Positions 61,162-64,000 of a DNA stretch of 64,000 nucleotides are shown here, one piece after another. The stretch covers positions 320,001 through 384,000 of the forward strand of contig JBGPIA010000001.1 in the NCBI GenBank assembly GCA_041484665.1. Reading direction: 5' to 3'. The translations under genes and the position numbers were made by a program. How positions within the stretch are numbered: the first letter of the stretch is position 1; every line of letters begins with the position of its first letter. A model generated the notes under the pieces. The model made no database searches and had not been told where the DNA came from. It saw only the letters and a program-made list of their open reading frames with translations. The DNA is from Candidatus Krumholzibacteriia bacterium. GTDB taxonomy: Bacteria > Krumholzibacteriota > Krumholzibacteriia > JAJRXK01.

Positions 61162-61862
61162 GCTCCCACCCGCCCGCCGGTCCCCCGCCCACACCCCACG
61201 ACCCGCGGCCCGCGCCACGCACCACGCGTCCCCTCCTGGTCCTTTTCGACCTCGGAAACGTGCTGTGCGCGTTCGACTGGCCTCAGTCGCTGGCGCGGCT
61301 GGCGGCGCGGCTGGTCGAGCTCGACCCGGCCCGAGCGCCGGCCCCCGGGCAGATCGTCGACTGGCTGCTGGGCGAGGACGGGCCGCTGCACCCCTACTGT
61401 CGCGGGGAGATCGACGAGGCCCAGCTCTGGTCGGCCTTCCACGAGCGTCTTGACCCGCGACGACGGCTGGACGACGCCTGGCTGCAACAGCTGTGGTGCA
61501 CCATGTTCTCGCCCCTGCCCGCCAGCCTGGCCCTGGTCGATGCCCTGCGTGGGCAGGTCCGGCTCGGGCTGCTCTCGAATACCAACCGGCTGCACTTCGA
61601 ACATCTCGACTTCGTGTTGCGCCTGCGCGAGCGGTTCGATGCCGTCACGCTGAGCTACGCGGTGGGGGCGCTGAAGCCCGACCCAAGGATCTACCACGCC
61701 GCGCTCGCTGCCGCAGGCATTGCGGCTGAGGAGGCCTTCTTCGTAGACGACGTCCCGGAGTTCGTGGCGGCGGCGTGCGCGCAGGGCATGCGGGCCACGG
61801 TCTTCAGCGGCGCCGGGAAGCTGGCTCTGGAGCTGCGGGCGCTGGGGTTCAGCCTGCCCTGA
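61158..61862 (+). CDS. HAD family phosphatase (YihX-like)
   Basis: FDLGNVL, LLSNTN, LKPDPRIY and FVDD motifs. GTG overlaps the addA stop. Confidence 0.88.
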   Translation: MSSHPPAGPPPTPHDPRPAPRTTRPLLVLFDLGNVLCAFDWPQSLARLAARLVELDPARAPAPGQIVDWLLGEDGPLHPYCRGEIDEAQLWSAFHERLDPRRRLDDAWLQQLWCTMFSPLPASLALVDALRGQVRLGLLSNTNRLHFEHLDFVLRLRERFDAVTLSYAVGALKPDPRIYHAALAAAGIAAEEAFFVDDVPEFVAAACAQGMRATVFSGAGKLALELRALGFSLP

Positions 61863-62040
61863 CGCCGCGGCGCTCGGTTGCTGCCGCCGCCCTGGTATGG
61901 CAGACTTCCCCGATTTCCATCGGCACCGGCGGCTTTTGGCAGGCGCGGGCCCACCGCGCGCCGATCGCGCGCCCGCGCGCGGCACGGCAGTCTCCCGGCT
62001 TGCAGCGCAGACCGGGTCCCGCAGCGAAACGAGGCAGGCG

Positions 62041-64000
62041 TTGAGCAGCACGGCCCACTCGAGGATCGACGAGCTCTACTCGCAGCAGCAGCGCAACTTC
62101 GCGCACTGGGAGCTCATCAAGGACTGCATCGACCAGTTCATCGACATGATGCTCAACTACCGCCAGAGCGGGCACCCGGGCGGCAGCCGCAGCAAGGTGC
62201 ACGCACTGGTGGCCACCACGCTGGGCGGCGTCATGCGCTGGGACATCCGCCGCCCCGAGCACCGCTTTGCCGACCGCTTCGTTCTAGTGGCCGGGCACAC
62301 CGCGCCCTTGGTCTACGCCACGCTCCCCGTCTACCACGAAGCGCTGCGCGAGATGCACAAGCGTACGGGCGAGCCGCGCTACCTCGTACCCAATGCCGAG
62401 CACCGCGCGCTCGTGTGGGAGGACCTGCTGCTGTTCCGGCGCCACAAGGGCCTGGCGGGCCACGCCGAGATGGAGGGCAAGACCCTCTTCTTCAAGTTCA
62501 ACACCGGGCCCAGCGGCCACGGATCGCCGCCCGCGGCGGGTGAAGCCTTCGCGCTGCTGCGGGCCGGGTTGCGCGACGTACGGGTCTTCGCGTTCGAGGG
62601 TGAGGGCGGCCACACGGCGGGCGCTGCCCATGAGACCAAGAACAGCGCCTGGGGTCTGGGGCTGGAGAACCTCAACTACGTCCTCGACTGGAACGACTAC
62701 GGCATCGACTCGATGTCGATCAGCTCGGTGGTGCCGGGCACGCCGCCCGAGTGGTTCGGTCCCTACGGCTGGCGAGTCTACGGGGCGGACCCGGGCAGCG
62801 AATGGGAGCCGGTGACGCGAGCGCTGTTGGCCATGGTCCACGATCCCGACAAGGACCTGCGCCCGGCCGTGACCTGGGTGCGGACGCGCAAGGGGCGCGG
62901 CTACGGCAAGTACGACTTCGCGAGCCACGGCTCGCCACACAAGCTCAATAGCCCCGAGTACTGGGAAACCAAGCGCCCGTTCGCCGAGAAGTACGGCGTC
63001 GACTTCGAGGGCTTCGGCCAGCCGGCGCCCGCGGACAACGACAAGCTGCGCGAGCAGGTGCGCAACAACCTCGCCAAGGTCGCGCAGGTGCTCCACCGCC
63101 GCGAGGACACCCTCGCCTACCTGGCCAACCGTCTCGTCGAGCTCGGCGAGAGCGTTCCGGCCAGCCATCCGGGCTTCGCGCTGGGCAAGCGGGGCAACCC
63201 TGCGCGGGACGCCCGACTGTTCGATTTCCGATCGTATCCCGAGGCGATGTGGAAGAAGCCGGGCGAGAAGGCGCCCAACCGCGCAGCGCTGGCCACGTTC
63301 GGTAGCTGGGTCAACAGCTGGTGCAAGCAGCATTACGATCAGCCGCTGCTGCTGGCCATGAGCGCAGACCTCGCCGACAGCACGAACATCAGCGGCGTGG
63401 CCAAGGACTTCGGGGACCTGAAGAACTACGGCCGCTACGAGCGGCGCCAGAACCCCGACGGCGTGCTGTTGCCGCAGGAGATCACCGAGTTCGCCAACAG
63501 CGGGATCACGGTGGGGATCGCCACGGTGAACATGAGCAGCAAGCCCGAAGAGGAGTTCCTGGGCTTCTGGGCCGCCTGCAGCACCTACGGCAGCTTTTCC
63601 TACTTGAAGTACGGGCCCATGCGCCTGTTCAGCCAGCTTGCCCAGGATTGCCCGCTGAAGGTGGGGAAGGTGCTCTGGGTGGCCGGCCACTCCGGGCCCG
63701 AAACGGCGGACGACAGCCGCACGCACTTCGGCGTATTCAGCCCCGGCGTCACCCAGCTGTTCCCCGACGGACACGTCTGCGACTTGCACCCCTGGGAGTA
63801 CAACGAGGTGCCGGTCATGCTCGCCGCGGCGTTGGCGGGGAGCTGGCCGATCGTAGCGCTGCACCTGACGCGCCCCGAGATCGAGATTCCCGACCGCGCG
63901 AAGCTGGGGATGGCCCACCACTTCGAGGCGGCGCGCGGGGCGTACGTGATCCGCGATCACAAGCACGGTCTGCCGCGCGGCGGCACGATCTTCGTGCAGG
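62041..64000 (+). CDS. Transketolase-like TPP enzyme (3' partial, absent from the ORF track because no stop lies in the window)
   Basis: Open frame from TTG 62041: SGHPGGS, DRFVLVAGH, GHAE, NTGPSGHG, GEGG..HE....W..N, RTRKGRG, SHG, SADLADST, GHSG.ET..D.RTH. Confidence 0.85.
   Translation, partial: MSSTAHSRIDELYSQQQRNFAHWELIKDCIDQFIDMMLNYRQSGHPGGSRSKVHALVATTLGGVMRWDIRRPEHRFADRFVLVAGHTAPLVYATLPVYHEALREMHKRTGEPRYLVPNAEHRALVWEDLLLFRRHKGLAGHAEMEGKTLFFKFNTGPSGHGSPPAAGEAFALLRAGLRDVRVFAFEGEGGHTAGAAHETKNSAWGLGLENLNYVLDWNDYGIDSMSISSVVPGTPPEWFGPYGWRVYGADPGSEWEPVTRALLAMVHDPDKDLRPAVTWVRTRKGRGYGKYDFASHGSPHKLNSPEYWETKRPFAEKYGVDFEGFGQPAPADNDKLREQVRNNLAKVAQVLHRREDTLAYLANRLVELGESVPASHPGFALGKRGNPARDARLFDFRSYPEAMWKKPGEKAPNRAALATFGSWVNSWCKQHYDQPLLLAMSADLADSTNISGVAKDFGDLKNYGRYERRQNPDGVLLPQEITEFANSGITVGIATVNMSSKPEEEFLGFWAACSTYGSFSYLKYGPMRLFSQLAQDCPLKVGKVLWVAGHSGPETADDSRTHFGVFSPGVTQLFPDGHVCDLHPWEYNEVPVMLAAALAGSWPIVALHLTRPEIEIPDRAKLGMAHHFEAARGAYVIRDHKHGLPRGGTIFVQ

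Noticed and set aside
61880..61945. Possible riboswitch-like structure between the HAD gene and the transketolase-like gene
   Set aside because: Only short GC-rich pairings, with no complete conserved core of a known riboswitch.

Overview
Bacterial genomic DNA of very high GC (roughly 70% by eye). The C-terminal 'PNPFNP' FlgD-Ig-like domains and SWGxVKxL(Y/F) tails suggest an FCB-related lineage such as Ca. Krumholzibacteriota, Eisenbacteria or Latescibacterota (inference only). The left block (1-19 kb) is housekeeping: an amidohydrolase, flavin reductase, GT4, a TetR regulator divergent from a Bacillus-like fadN-fadA-fadE beta-oxidation operon with a candidate operator, gph, an RsmG-like methyltransferase carrying an inserted RnfB-type Cys cluster, a SPOR protein, a fused E1 alpha/beta 2-oxoacid dehydrogenase, a candidate thioredoxin-fold selenoprotein (in-frame UGA in a UxxC motif with a SECIS-like hairpin) and a membrane-fused spermidine-synthase-like/TPR protein. 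The middle block (about 19.3-35.3 kb) is accessory. It holds secreted proteins with two kinds of C-terminal tag, several gene relics, a degraded DDE transposase and the 3' remnant of a group II intron. The right block has an SQR-like oxidoreductase, membrane and hydrolase genes, an orphan flagellar-rod-like gene, a glycosylation cluster, trpS, a TPR protein, addB-addA, a HAD phosphatase and a partial transketolase-like gene. Best leads: the split-ORF selenoprotein, the Fe-S/RsmG fusion, the apparently interchangeable C-terminal tags, and a strand-biased long hairpin at 9.2-9.35 kb. I saw no rRNA, tRNA or CRISPR array. Start codons were chosen by eye and no database searches were run.
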